This document shows positions 10,143 through 20,863 of a DNA stretch of 20,863 bases, one piece after another. The DNA lies in assembly GCA_051453625.1 (NCBI GenBank), contig JBOZIK010000001.1:48155294-48176156 (forward strand). Reading direction: 5' to 3'. Source of the DNA: Welwitschia mirabilis (taxonomy: Eukaryota). The notes beneath the pieces are model-generated. The model was not told the DNA's origin, ran no database searches, and was given only the letters and a program-made list of their open reading frames with translations. Both the position numbers and the translations under genes were made by a program. Numbering within the stretch: the stretch's first letter is position 1; each line of letters begins with the position of its first letter.

Positions 10143-12280
10143 ATAGGTAAAAAAATCTTGGTTAGTAATAAACCCTTCTGATCCTACAAAAATTAGGAGA
10201 TCACTATCTAAATTCTATCATCATCCCTTTCATTAGTCTTTTTTCATCTTTGAGTAGAAAAGCCTTAACAAAAAAATAGAATGAAAGGTGGAATGAAATG
10301 GAGACACTAGGGACAATGTGAGAACCATGTTTGGATTACATTTTAGATAAAATTTGGTAGAGCCTTCATAATGAACATGATCAGAGGTAGTGTGTTTCAT
10401 TTAATTGAGTAGAGATGAAAGCATTCTTGGTGAAACATAGGATGCATGCTAAACATCGATGGAAGCTTTACTCTTTAGGAAGATTTATGGAATTTGATCT
10501 TCATAGGTGCTATTACATTTAGATTTTTTATAGATGCATTAAGGATTTAAGGTCCTCAAAAAATTTGTTATTTTTGGCAAAATCCATCTCACCTTAATTG
10601 AGGGTTTTGTAATCATGCTAAATAAGGTTCTTCATGAGTAAGAATTGAACCCTATTCTGAATGGCATTTTGGTTGAAGATCTATTAGATGTAGATTAAAG
10701 AATCTTGGTAGGATTTTTTATGCAGTTTTTTTGGTAACGAGAATTCTCTTTTAATATTTCAACTACTTAGTCTATCTTTTTCTATCCTCTTCCATTTCCA
10801 ATCTATTTTTCTTTTATTCATTTCCTTCTATTGCCTAATGTCTCTATCACATGCAAGTTTTTTATTCTAGATCCATTAAGATGATAATCTCTATTGAGAG
10901 TGGAAAATGGTCCAAAGATATCCATTGAACAACACAAAGCCAAAATTCATGCATCAATAAATACATTTTAAATAATTTAATCTATAGCTAGAGTTCTAAT
11001 ACGCTATTTTGTAAAACTTGGAAAATGTTCTCTGAGAAATATTTTTGAAATTAAAATAAACATAAGTTTGCCATAGATTCACATTATTGAATTCTTAATT
11101 TCTTGTACAGGTGTTTCTAGTAGAGGTAACAAGGAATGATGAAATATCAGTTGTGATTTGATTTCATGCATGAAACATAACTTCTCACATACTTCTATCA
11201 CAACATAGACTCTATCAAACTATTCATTCCTCTTTCAAAGTTATTTCTATGTCTACTTAACTCCTTTATGCTCTTACTATTTTTGCAAATCTTTGGAGTT
11301 TGTGTGCCGTGAGTTTGACTAAACATATTTTAATAAGGAATCTCATCTCCTGGAGCATTTACCTTTGTTGGAATCATATGAAGATGCTACTTTATTTATT
11401 GTAATGGAAAACATGTTTGTTATAGTAACCATTTAAAATTATCTAGAAAAGCAATGAAGGAGATGGATGTTTGAAGTTTAATTGAGATTAACCATTTTGA
11501 ACATTACTTTTCTTTTGAAAATTTCTTTGATGAAAAAACTTTATTTTTGTTTTTATAACTAGAGTTCAAGAATATATTTCTACTACTGCCCAATACTTGG
11601 GGTGATGCAGATGCTATCCCTAGCATCTGATCCTATAAAGCATTGATAGAGATTTGAACATTATCTAGGTGCTAAGACATAGCAAGCATTCAGTGGTCGT
11701 GAAGCTTATTAAAGAGGTTTAAATATTTTATTATTAAAAGAGGGCTAAGTTATTAATATTATTTTGTAGAAACATTATTGTGAAAGAAATTACTATTTTT
11801 GAGGAGCACAAATATTATATTTTATGAGGTAAAATTTACCAAATCTTGCAAAAAACTAGGTTGGAGGCTTGTTCCAACCAATTCATGTGAGATGCAATTT
11901 TATGTAAAATGATACTATAAAGACTAGTATGGAACATGGGACACTTATTTTAATATTGTTTTATATAAATCTTACTTGTGTTAGTGCCATTTTTGGATGT
12001 ATCCCATTTGAAGTATTGGGTATATCCCATGGTTTAAAGCAAGGTATGTAGATTACCTAAGGAGACCACTTGGAGGATGTGTTCTTTAAAGTTGTGTAAA
12101 ATAAAGGATGCAAATTCATCCAAGAATATCACTCGAAGGAAAGCTTCTTGCAGTTGCACATTATGGTAGCTTGGTACTTTCTTCATTGGTTCAAAGCTTA
12201 ATGCTTTGTTATGTAAGCACTTTAACAGGGTCCTTGTTTTGTGCTCTAAATTTCATGTTTAGACTTCAATAGCCTTCACA

Positions 12281-12289
12281 TGAAGGAGG
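12281..12289 (+). promoter_or_regulatory. Polypurine tract, decayed
   Basis: TGAAGGAGG, 4 nt upstream of the 3' LTR start. Confidence 0.6.
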
Positions 12290-12293
12290 TTTT

Positions 12294-12543
12294 TATTGGG
12301 TTTTTTTTTTTTTAAAATATGTATGCTTATTATTATTTGCATTTTATTTTTAAATTTAATGTTAGTTAAAACGCAATTTTTTTGGATGTAGATCCTTGAT
12401 TATAGGATATATTTAACATCAATTTTGGCATGAATTATTGTATAAATATCATTATTTTGAATGAAATATTTAAGCTTGTTTGAATGGTTTTTCCCTGTGA
12501 GTGCTCCCATAACTTTGGGCTATAGGATCATTCTAATCCTACA
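12294..12543 (+). repeat. 3' LTR (250 bp)
   Basis: Starts TATTGGG and ends GGATCATTCTAATCCTACA. Shares AATTTTGGCATGAATTATTGTATAAATAT with the 5' LTR. Confidence 0.88.
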
Positions 12544-13044
12544 TATACATCTCAAGAAGATAAAAGTCATGATAAAGGAAATATACTTATTTATCCTTCT
12601 TGGTTTTAGGTAAAGGTGCATGTACTTGTTCACATGCTCATTTATTTCATAACGCATAAAATCTATCAATCACATATTACAAGGAATAAAATGTCTATTC
12701 ATAATATAGTACACCTATCACATTTATGAATAATTTAAAAGAGTAAATAAGATATAAAATATATTATTATGTCCTCTTTAAATTTTGAATTTATTAGTTT
12801 TATCATGTGATTGTAATTATTCACATAATAGGGTTATCTAATTTTAAATGTTTGTATAGATTTTCTTATAAAATTCTTGTAACATAATTATTATCATTTT
12901 AATGGTAAATTATCGAAATTATAAACTAAGGTTAATTTAAAGTACCATCTCATTTTGATAAGGCCTTTAAAGAAGATTAATTGATCATCTGATTAAAATC
13001 TTAATATACTTAATACCCAAGTTTATAAAATATGGGATATGATA
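12544..13044. repeat. Copy 2 of the ~0.5 kb repeat, interrupted by the 9845-12543 insertion
   Basis: Colinear with 8663-9172; shared anchors include TTCTTGGTTTTAGGTAA, AAAATATATTATTATGTCCTCTT and TTATCTAATTTTAAATGTTTG. Confidence 0.88.
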
Positions 13045-13953
13045 TTATGGGACTCATTTGAATTTCTCTATGGTTTTATGCATGCCATCAAGAAATTTCA
13101 TAGTTAATCATTTAATTTTTTAGAGAGTAGGATAGTTAGCAAAGAAAACAATGTGTTCATACTATAGAATTTACAATTAAAAAATGGTTTATTAGTGCTT
13201 TCTTATATACTAGAAAGGGTCTATTATTTTGTTAAAAGAAGATACAATGATTTTTAAGAATCTAAAATATAAAATTAGGAACAAATGATACTAAAAGTAT
13301 ATAGATTAAATATTTTCTAACCTATAGAAAATGATTACACTTCTAAAACATAACCACTTTAAGTAGTATTCTTCTCATAGAGAATTTCCTTTAATTAGTG
13401 ATCTTTAAAATCTAGAGTTATAGTATATTCTTTGCCCCTTATGCAAGGATAAGGAATCTTTTGAGCTTATATTTGTAATATGTAATTTCACTACTAAAGC
13501 TTGGACATGGCTAGTAATAGTTTCTAAATAGATTTAACTAATAAAAATTTATAGTTTTTATAGTTAATCATAATTAATCAAAGGTCAATTCCTTTATCTA
13601 GTATTATATAAAATCTTACATTTTATATTATCTACGATGATTTGATTACAAGGTTATATTTTTAAATGTAGAACTTTATTATTTTTTATAGTTTTAGCAA
13701 AATCCAATATTATGTAGCATGTTATGTTTAAGATATGAACTCAAGTGGTCATTTAAGATATGATATCAAGTGATGAAGCTCTAGCTTGAGGTAAATTACC
13801 TCATCTAGCTTCTTGAGCATTAGTTTAATAGATCTTTGTTCAATCTCTAACATCCCTTCCACCCTTAGGTAATCTTCATTAAGTAAGTATTCTTACATCC
13901 TACTTTAGATACAACCCTTGATAAGTATTCATAATAAGAAACAAAATGATTCC

Positions 13954-14061
13954 CTTACCCCTTAGGGGATAATGAAAAATCTATTTCATCCCTTCATTAG
14001 CATCCATAACGGAAAACAAAATTAATTTAAGTCTTACCCCTTGGGGGATAATGAAAAATCT
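13954..14061. repeat. Two 29-bp direct repeats with a 79-bp period
   Basis: CTTACCCCTT(A/G)GGGGATAATGAAAAATCT at 13954-13982 and 14033-14061, 28/29 identical. Confidence 0.9.
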
Positions 14062-15477
14062 TGAATTTTGTTTCATCTAGCTTATGTGGGGATTTTTTTA
14101 TTTTAAAACTATGTTATTTATCTTTCTTAAACTATGACCTTCTAGCCATGTTATGTTTTTATATTTCTCTAATTATCAGGTATTAGCTAATACTTCTTTC
14201 ATTTTTTTTGTTTGAATTATATTTTCATGTTTAATGATGTTTTTGGAATTAGGAATTTCCTTTCATAATAAGAAGTCATTAGATAAGTATTTTCATTAAA
14301 TTATTAACATAAAAATCCTCATTATAATAGTGATAAGAGAAAACAATTCAAAAATTAATTATCTCTAAATTTTAACAAATGACTTGCATATGATTTGTCT
14401 TAATCTATGATTCCACAAACCATGGTTTGTTTTTAGAACTTCCTCAACAAGATGTATTAAATCATGTAATCAAATTTATCATTTGACAAATTTTATCTCG
14501 CAACTTACTTTTAAGGAAAACCCTTAATTTTGATAATTTGAACCCCACACTAATATATGTCTATAGTCTTGTAAAATGTATTACAATGGCATAAAATTAG
14601 AATCATTATAAAAATTAACATTATATGTTTTACTTATTTTAGCATATTTATACTACATGATTATATTATAACAAATGATAACTGCTTTCTGGTTTAGAAC
14701 TGAGGTGTTTCAGAAACGTCACCCATCTTCATATTAATGTTCTCACTAAGACAAGATCCTTTTTAAATATGTATTTTACTATCATGCTCACATTCTAAAG
14801 ATTTATAACATTCTAAAAAATTAGACATTATATTTCATTTTTAGTAAAGATTTATGATATCCAAGTATTCTGTAGTATACTATCTATAATACCTTAAATA
14901 AGAAATACTATGTGTCTTTCTTGTTAATTTAGTATTAAACTAGAATAGACAAGTCTTACAAACTTTTAAAGTAAGATGAGATATAGAAATACTTCCCCTT
15001 AGAATAATCCTACCCAGATTGTAGATATCTTTTTATTTATACACTTCTACATATGATTGGATGTGATAAAATTTGTAATGCACATGTAACTAAAATCATA
15101 AAACTCTTTTAACTAAGTTTATTTATTGAACAAAAAGAAAATGTAAGTTTAAAATGGGGTCATAATGAATAAATGGCTCTATAAGTCAAGCCATCTTGGA
15201 TGCTCTTAGAGCATTTTCATCCTTAACTATAATATTACTTGATATGAACCATTAATCAAATCCTTATCTAATGCTTTTGAATCATTTTCTATCATTAACT
15301 TAACCCTTACATTATCCCATAGAAGATATAAATACTCTTGAAATAATTTACCATGGGTAATCCATTTAATATCCTCATTGTATGTAATTCATATAGCATC
15401 TATGTCATTCAAAGAATCTTTAGTCCATGATTACTATTACAATATTTAGGCTTTCCCTAGAAAAATTATCTCCATCT

Positions 15478-15960
15478 TGTTGAGAATAAGAGAGTAAGAG
15501 AAACAGAGTAATATTTTTCATTCAAATGAAACTTTATTTATTCTCATCTATTACACTAAAGATCTTACTTTTAAAGGCAAGCACATCATTAGGGTTTTAC
15601 TAGGATATACAAGATCCCCTAAATATGTGATTATAGTGTGCATTACAAGCCTTAGTAATTTCCCCCTTAACAGGGAAATACACTCTCTTCTAAGGAAAAA
15701 CTACAGTACTCAAAGGAAGACCTTGGGAATGTGGATTTAAATAAAACCACCTTAAAGGATTTACTATGTGAGGAAACTACATTATTAAGAAGTAGTTAAT
15801 TTAGTACTATACATCCTATAGTAGATAGGACTACATGTGCATTCACATTCTATTATTCTAGGATAAAATGTATTGTACATCTAGTGGTACTAGGCAAAAA
15901 GTATACTACACACCTTGTAATACTAAACATCCAAGAGTGACTTTAAATAAATACTTGTTA
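15478..15960 (-). mobile_element. 3' end of a probable copia-type element: short LTR (about 15478-15657), PPT (15659-15668) and 3' internal fragment
   Basis: Minus strand AAGGGGGAAAT then TACTAAGG (decayed TGTT.. start). The other terminus is TGTTGAG at 15478 on the plus strand. Truncated where the next LTR begins. Confidence 0.45.
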
Positions 15961-17424
15961 TGTTGCCAATTTGTGGTTATTTGATAAGGTTTTATAGCTA
16001 TTTTGCAGGACATTTACACATGTTTATGTGAAATCCTAAGGATTTTGAAGAATCAATAGAAAATCTCAAAAAAGTGTAATTCTTAGCAATATTTAAAATA
16101 TTTAAGGCACATTCTGATACACAGAGCTTCGGAGGAAGATTATGATAGAAATACTGGCTTCTCCTCAATAAAATAATTAAATAAGACCATCATCCCCTCT
16201 ATTGTCCCCGCAAAAGGCAAGACGATGATAACATTTGATGATAACATGAATTGTTAGAACACTGTTGAGTCATCATGATGAGTTATCATTTATAATTAGC
16301 TATCATCTCCATCATTATCCAGACAATAGTGAGGACGACACTGACATTGTAATCAACTCTGATAGCTGATCTTTAACCATTTCATTCATTTCTTTTACAT
16401 AAAGGAGTGCATATTATAGCTCCCTTTATTTTTCATTTTTTGGCTTGTAACCCTATAAATAAGCCCCTCTTTGACTCTCCTCTCTATCTTCCTTGCATCG
16501 AAAATTCTTGTAATAGAAGATTAAAGGATAGAAGATCCATTGTGAGAGCTATAGACAGATGTTCCCTTGGTGGAGGGCTATGTNNNNNNNNNNNNNNNNN
16601 NNNNNNNNNNNNNNNNNNNNNNNNNNNNNNNNNNNNNNNNNNNNNNNNNNNNNNNNNNNNNNNNNNNNNNNNNNNNNNNNNNNNNNNNNNNNNNNNNNNN
16701 NNNNNNNNNNNNNNNNNNNNNNNNNNNNNNNNNNNNNGTAACTAACTCTGACAGCTGATCTTTGACTGTTTGGTTTGTTTCTTTTATGTAAAGGAGCACA
16801 TATTGTAGCACCTTTTACTTGTCATTTTCTAGCCTGTAACCCTATAAATAGTCCTCATTTGACTTTCCTCTCTATCTTGGTTACACCAAAAATTCTCATA
16901 ATAGGAGATCGAAGGATGGAAGATCCATCTCAAGAGTTGTAGAAAGACATTCCCTTGGTGGAGGGTTGTGTATCTTCTATTGAGGCCCAACTGTTTTGTA
17001 ACCCAGATGTTGTTCCTTTTAATATAGAACTTTATTTTTATTATTATATATTATATTGTTAGATGTCCCTTATGTCTTATGTTTCTCTTGATCTAGTGGC
17101 AATTTCATTGATGATATGGATCTTAAGGGTAACCTTTTTTAAGGCTGAAAGAAAGTAGTTTAGATTTATTTTGCATTACACTTAGTTAGTTGCATTTTAC
17201 ATTTGCATTGCATCCTTTATTTTCTACATTGTTTTTTAAGTTTGTTTATCTTATTCTTTATGAAAAGTAATTCTTAGTCTCATCTCATAGTCTTCAATGA
17301 GAATACAACATTTAGGTTTACTTCCAATCATACTAGTATATTGTATTATGTAAGATATCTATTTTATTTATGAATGATAGGATATTTTTAAGTATAAATA
17401 CTTGCATAAATACGCACCACAACA
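15961..17424 (+). repeat. 5' LTR of the right Athila-like element (contains a gap and a duplicated segment)
   Basis: Starts TGTTGCC, ends ACAACA just before the PBS. TATAAATA occurs at 16454-16461 and again at 16843-16850 in the duplicate. Confidence 0.7.
16584..16737. other. Assembly gap (154 N)
   Basis: Run of N, flanked by homologous segments 16349-16583 and 16738-16971. Confidence 0.99.
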
Positions 17425-17427
17425 AAT

Positions 17428-17445
17428 TAGCATCATTGCTGGAAA
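17428..17445 (+). promoter_or_regulatory. Decayed primer-binding site, tRNA-Asp type (typical of Athila)
   Basis: TAGCATCATTGCTGGAAA versus TGGCGCCGTTGCCGGGGA: 11/18 match, and all 7 differences are C>T or G>A. Lies 3 nt after CAACA. Confidence 0.7.
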
Positions 17446-18169
17446 AGGCTATTAAGGAGTACGAGGGTTATTTTCATTTAGGTAAGTATATCATATTTTT
17501 GTTTGGTTATTTATCCATAGCAACGTTGTGTTTTTATTATAAATTATAGGTTTTATTTTCTATTTGTAGTTTTTTAGTTTTAGTTTTATTATTAAAATAA
17601 TCATCATCTCCTCTGTCGTTCCCATGATAGATAGGATGACAGTTTGTGATTTTAGTTTTCATTTCTAGTTTTTATTTTTGGATTTCAGTTTTCTATAATA
17701 AAATCAGTCCCTATCATCTCCTTTATTGTCTAGATGACTAGAAGGATGACAACCCCAGTTTTTGGCTTTCTACTCTATTAAGTTTTTGTTTTCTTCTCTC
17801 TATGTCATTGTCCCTTTTGTCATCCCTATGACAGGATGATAGTCTATTATTTTTTATCTTATTTCTATTATCTTCTGTTTTTAGGATGCTATGATATGGT
17901 TAACCTAGAAAAGAGATATCAGAGAGAAAGGCTATTGATAGAAAATAACATTAGAGAAGGACTAGTGAACTTATAAATTAAATTAGAAAAGAAATCTCTA
18001 GGTGCATACAATCCTTCCTTTAAATTTATTTTTTCTGAATTAGATCTCATTAAAGAAAATCTTGTAGAAGAAGAAAATCAATGTACAACGTCGAGTGCCA
18101 CCCAAAAACAAAAATAAGTTCTAGGGTTTTCAACTCCTAATCCTACAAACCCCTTTTGATTTATCCCCA

Positions 18170-19270
18170 GAAGATGATGTTGAACTAAAGAACCTAAATG
18201 CCTATCCAACCTTTAGTGGAGAAGATGGTAAGAATCCCCTTTAACATATTACAAATATAGAATAATTAATTCATACCTTGGGGAATGGAAATAAAAAAAT
18301 TAGTAATAGAACATACATGATAATCTTTCCCATGACATTAAAAGAAAGGGCTAAAAATTGGCTAAAAGCTATTTCTCATAAAAGTCTAAAGTCTTGGGAT
18401 CAAGTTTAGGAAACTTTTATTAACAGATTCATGAGCGAAGAAACTATTAGAAAAAGGAAAAAGGAAGTAACAAACTTTCAACAAAAACCAAATGAGGATC
18501 ATGCTTTCACATACAAATGTTTCTTTGTGACAACTTACTCTGATCTAGTAGATGCTTTTTCATAGGAAGAATTAGTTAACTACTTTTATGATGGATTAAA
18601 TCTCCATATAAAATAGCTCATAGACTTTTCTTGTGGTGGAAACCTTATGAATCTCACGTTAGAAAACACCTAGACAAAATTAGAAGAACTTGTGAAANNN
18701 NNNNNNNNNNNNNNNNNNNNNNNNNNNNNNNNNNNNNNNNNNNNNNNNNNNNNNNNNNNNNNNNNNNNNNNNNNNNNNNNNNNNNNNNNNNNNNNNNNNN
18801 NNNNNNNNNNNNNNNNNNNNNNNNNNNNNNNNNNNNNNNNNNNNNNNNNNNNNNNNNNNNNNNNNNNNNNNNNNNCTATGACATTAAAAGGTCAAGCTAA
18901 AAATTAGATCAAAACCATATCCCACAAAAGTTTAAAAACTTGGGATCAAGTTCAAAATACCTTTATCAAAAGATTTATGAGTGAAGAAATCATTAGAAAA
19001 ATGAAAAAACAAAGTAATAAATTTTTAACAAAAATTAATCAAGAATTATGCTTCCACATATGCATGTTTCTTTGTAGCAATTCATTCTAATCTAATATAT
19101 GCTTTTTCACAAGATGAACTAGTTAACTATTTTTATAGTAGATTAGATGTCCATACAAAATGACTTGTAGACTTATCCTGTGGTGGAAACCTTATGAATC
19201 TCACGTTAGAAAACACCTAGACAAAATTAGAAGAACTTGTGAAAGTTAGTTAAACTTGGCCAACATCAAA
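18170..19270 (+). pseudogene. gag remnant, partly duplicated across the gap
   Basis: VELKNLNAYPTFSGEDGKNPL*HI...IFPMTLKERAKNWLK...SWDQV*ETFINRF...NYFYDGL...DFSCGGNLM. Confidence 0.85.
18698..18875. other. Assembly gap (178 N)
   Basis: Run of N, flanked by homologous gag segments 18332-18697 and 18878-19244. Confidence 0.99.
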
Positions 19271-20244
19271 AGAAAACCATACTATAGGCTAACTTATTAG
19301 AGATACAAAAAAAGTTAAATAAGAAAAAGAGGTGGATTACAACCCTACAAATCTGATTCAAAATTTTACAACCCTAGAGAAATATACATAAATGATTTTA
19401 GATGTCAAATAAGCAACTGAGAGAAATGTTATACCAACTTTTAACTTATGTGAGAACAATTATCAAATAACTAAAAATTTAATCTATTACCAACATACTA
19501 ATAGAAAATGCATGAAGAAGTTTATGCTTTTAATCAAATATTTATCAACTTTAGAAATCAAAATTAGGTACAACCAAGGTTGAATATACATTTTCAAAAC
19601 AACTCTCAACCTTTCAAAAATCAATTCAAAAATTTAAACTTCCAACCAAGTTCATTTAACTTCCAACATCCAAATAATCCATTCACAAACCTTATGAATG
19701 AATTTAGAAGATCATAAGAAAAGATACATGTTAGCTTAAAAAAGCAAAATGTTAACATTAAAAACCTAGTAAACGTCCTTCAATAAATCATGTTGGCAAA
19801 CCAAAGACCTTAAAGAACATTATCTATACAACCTTTACCAAACCCCAATGAATTAAGAAAAGACTGTAAGGTTGTAACAAGAAGTAGATAAGAAACAAAA
19901 CCTCCTCGATGTGAAGCGTCAACCTTCCAAAATAACATTCAAGATGATGAGAAAGAAGAGGAAGACATTGAAATATTAGAATATTACAACTTTCCTTCTC
20001 TTGATGAACATAAAAAGAAAAATTCTTTACAAAAGCAACCAGCTACTTCTTGGCTTAATAGGCTTAATAATAATTTAACTTTCAATGAACATATTAAGCC
20101 TTAATGAAAAATGTAAGTATAAACTTACACTTCTAGAAACTTTTACAACAAAATATAGGGTACTCAAAACTATGAAAAGACTTAACAAGAAGAAAGCAAA
20201 AATAAGGTATCCCTCATGAATTTAGTGTTAAAAAAAATCCCAAA

Positions 20245-20645
20245 TTTAAAGATCCAAGGGCAACAACATGAATGTCACATTAGAGGGAAACAGAAAGATC
20301 ATGAAAGCTTTAATAAACATTTGAGCAAGTGTTAATGTCATGTCATTACACATTTGCAAGAGACTTGGTTTAGAAGGTATAATAGAGCCTATTCAAATTC
20401 TTTTAAAGTTATCAGGCACTTTGGTAAAGAAACATTTAGGGATCATTAAAGACTTAGTGATTCAAATTGAAGAGGACTACTACCCAATAGATGTAATTAT
20501 CATAGAATTCGAACACAACAAGGGATACCCATTACTTTTAGGATAAGATTTCTATGCAACAACCTACTAAGTTATTAATACAAATACTAGAATTATGAAG
20601 TATTACCTAGGAAATAAAACATTTACAATTAGAGTTTTTAATGTA
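20245..20645 (+). pseudogene. Aspartic protease remnant
   Basis: KDPRATT...KALINI*ASVNVMSLHICKRLGL...GIIKDLVIQI...YPIDVIIIE...PLLLG (ORF 20340-20546), Athila-type protease. Confidence 0.85.
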
Positions 20646-20863
20646 GCTAAGAAATACCTAGGCAATTAAGAGGACATAGAAAGTAAAATTAAACCAACTT
20701 TATTTTTTTAACATCATTCCCTTAAAAAAAAGAGCATCGATATTACATGATCCTATACTTTATGTTGATTAACTTGAGCCTAAAAAGTTAGAAGCCATTG
20801 ATACATTCAACTTTAAGCATGAATTTTAGATTAGAATCAAGAAGAAATGAAACCCTTAGATTG

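Larger units (their letters stand above)
9845..12543 (+). mobile_element. Structurally complete non-autonomous LTR retroelement, 2.7 kb (large-TRIM-like)
   Basis: Two homologous LTRs, Met PBS, purine tract, TSD TATAT/TATAC, and no ORF of 60 aa or more inside. The empty site is visible in the paralogous repeat at 8653-8690. Confidence 0.88.
15961..20863 (+). mobile_element. Second decayed Athila-like Ty3/gypsy element, 5' part; runs off the right edge and may be an assembly mosaic of paralogues
   Basis: LTR with TGTTG...CAACA termini, decayed Asp PBS, 5' UTR with palindromic repeats, then gag and protease remnants. Confidence 0.82.

Noticed and set aside
12000..12085. Possible chromodomain relic (LPKETTW.D) before the 3' LTR
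   Set aside because: Needs a frameshift, I see no upstream integrase motifs, and the match is too short to support.
13954..14061. CRISPR-like array (29-bp dyad repeat with a 50-bp spacer)
   Set aside because: Only two units, no cas genes, eukaryotic TE context, and the flanks of the units are partly homologous too.
16407..16811. ORFs spanning the N gap
   Set aside because: Open only because of the N run.
18631..18907. ORFs spanning the N gap
   Set aside because: Artefacts of the N run; the real coding relic is the gag frame.

Overview
This is AT-rich, CpG-depleted plant-type repeat DNA made almost entirely of decayed, nested LTR retrotransposons. I found no intact protein-coding or RNA gene. 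1-5383 (-): 5' part of an Athila-like Ty3/gypsy element with LTR, tRNA-Asn PBS and pseudogenised gag-PR-RT-RH-INT. 5384-6406: probable Sirevirus-type LTR remnant. 6407-9172 and about 9300-13044: two related relics of a large non-coding repeat, probably a big LTR, one with a ~1.27 kb internal tandem duplication. 9845-12543: a structurally complete 2.7 kb non-coding LTR element (two LTRs, Met PBS, PPT, TSD) inserted in the second relic; its empty site survives in the paralogous copy. 15478-15960 (-): short copia-like LTR with PPT. 15961-20863 (+): a second Athila-like element with LTR, decayed Asp PBS, gag and protease. There are three N gaps, two of them flanked by diverged duplicate sequence that suggests assembly chimerism. 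I see no evidence of a new host biological system; the most interesting items are transposon-level.
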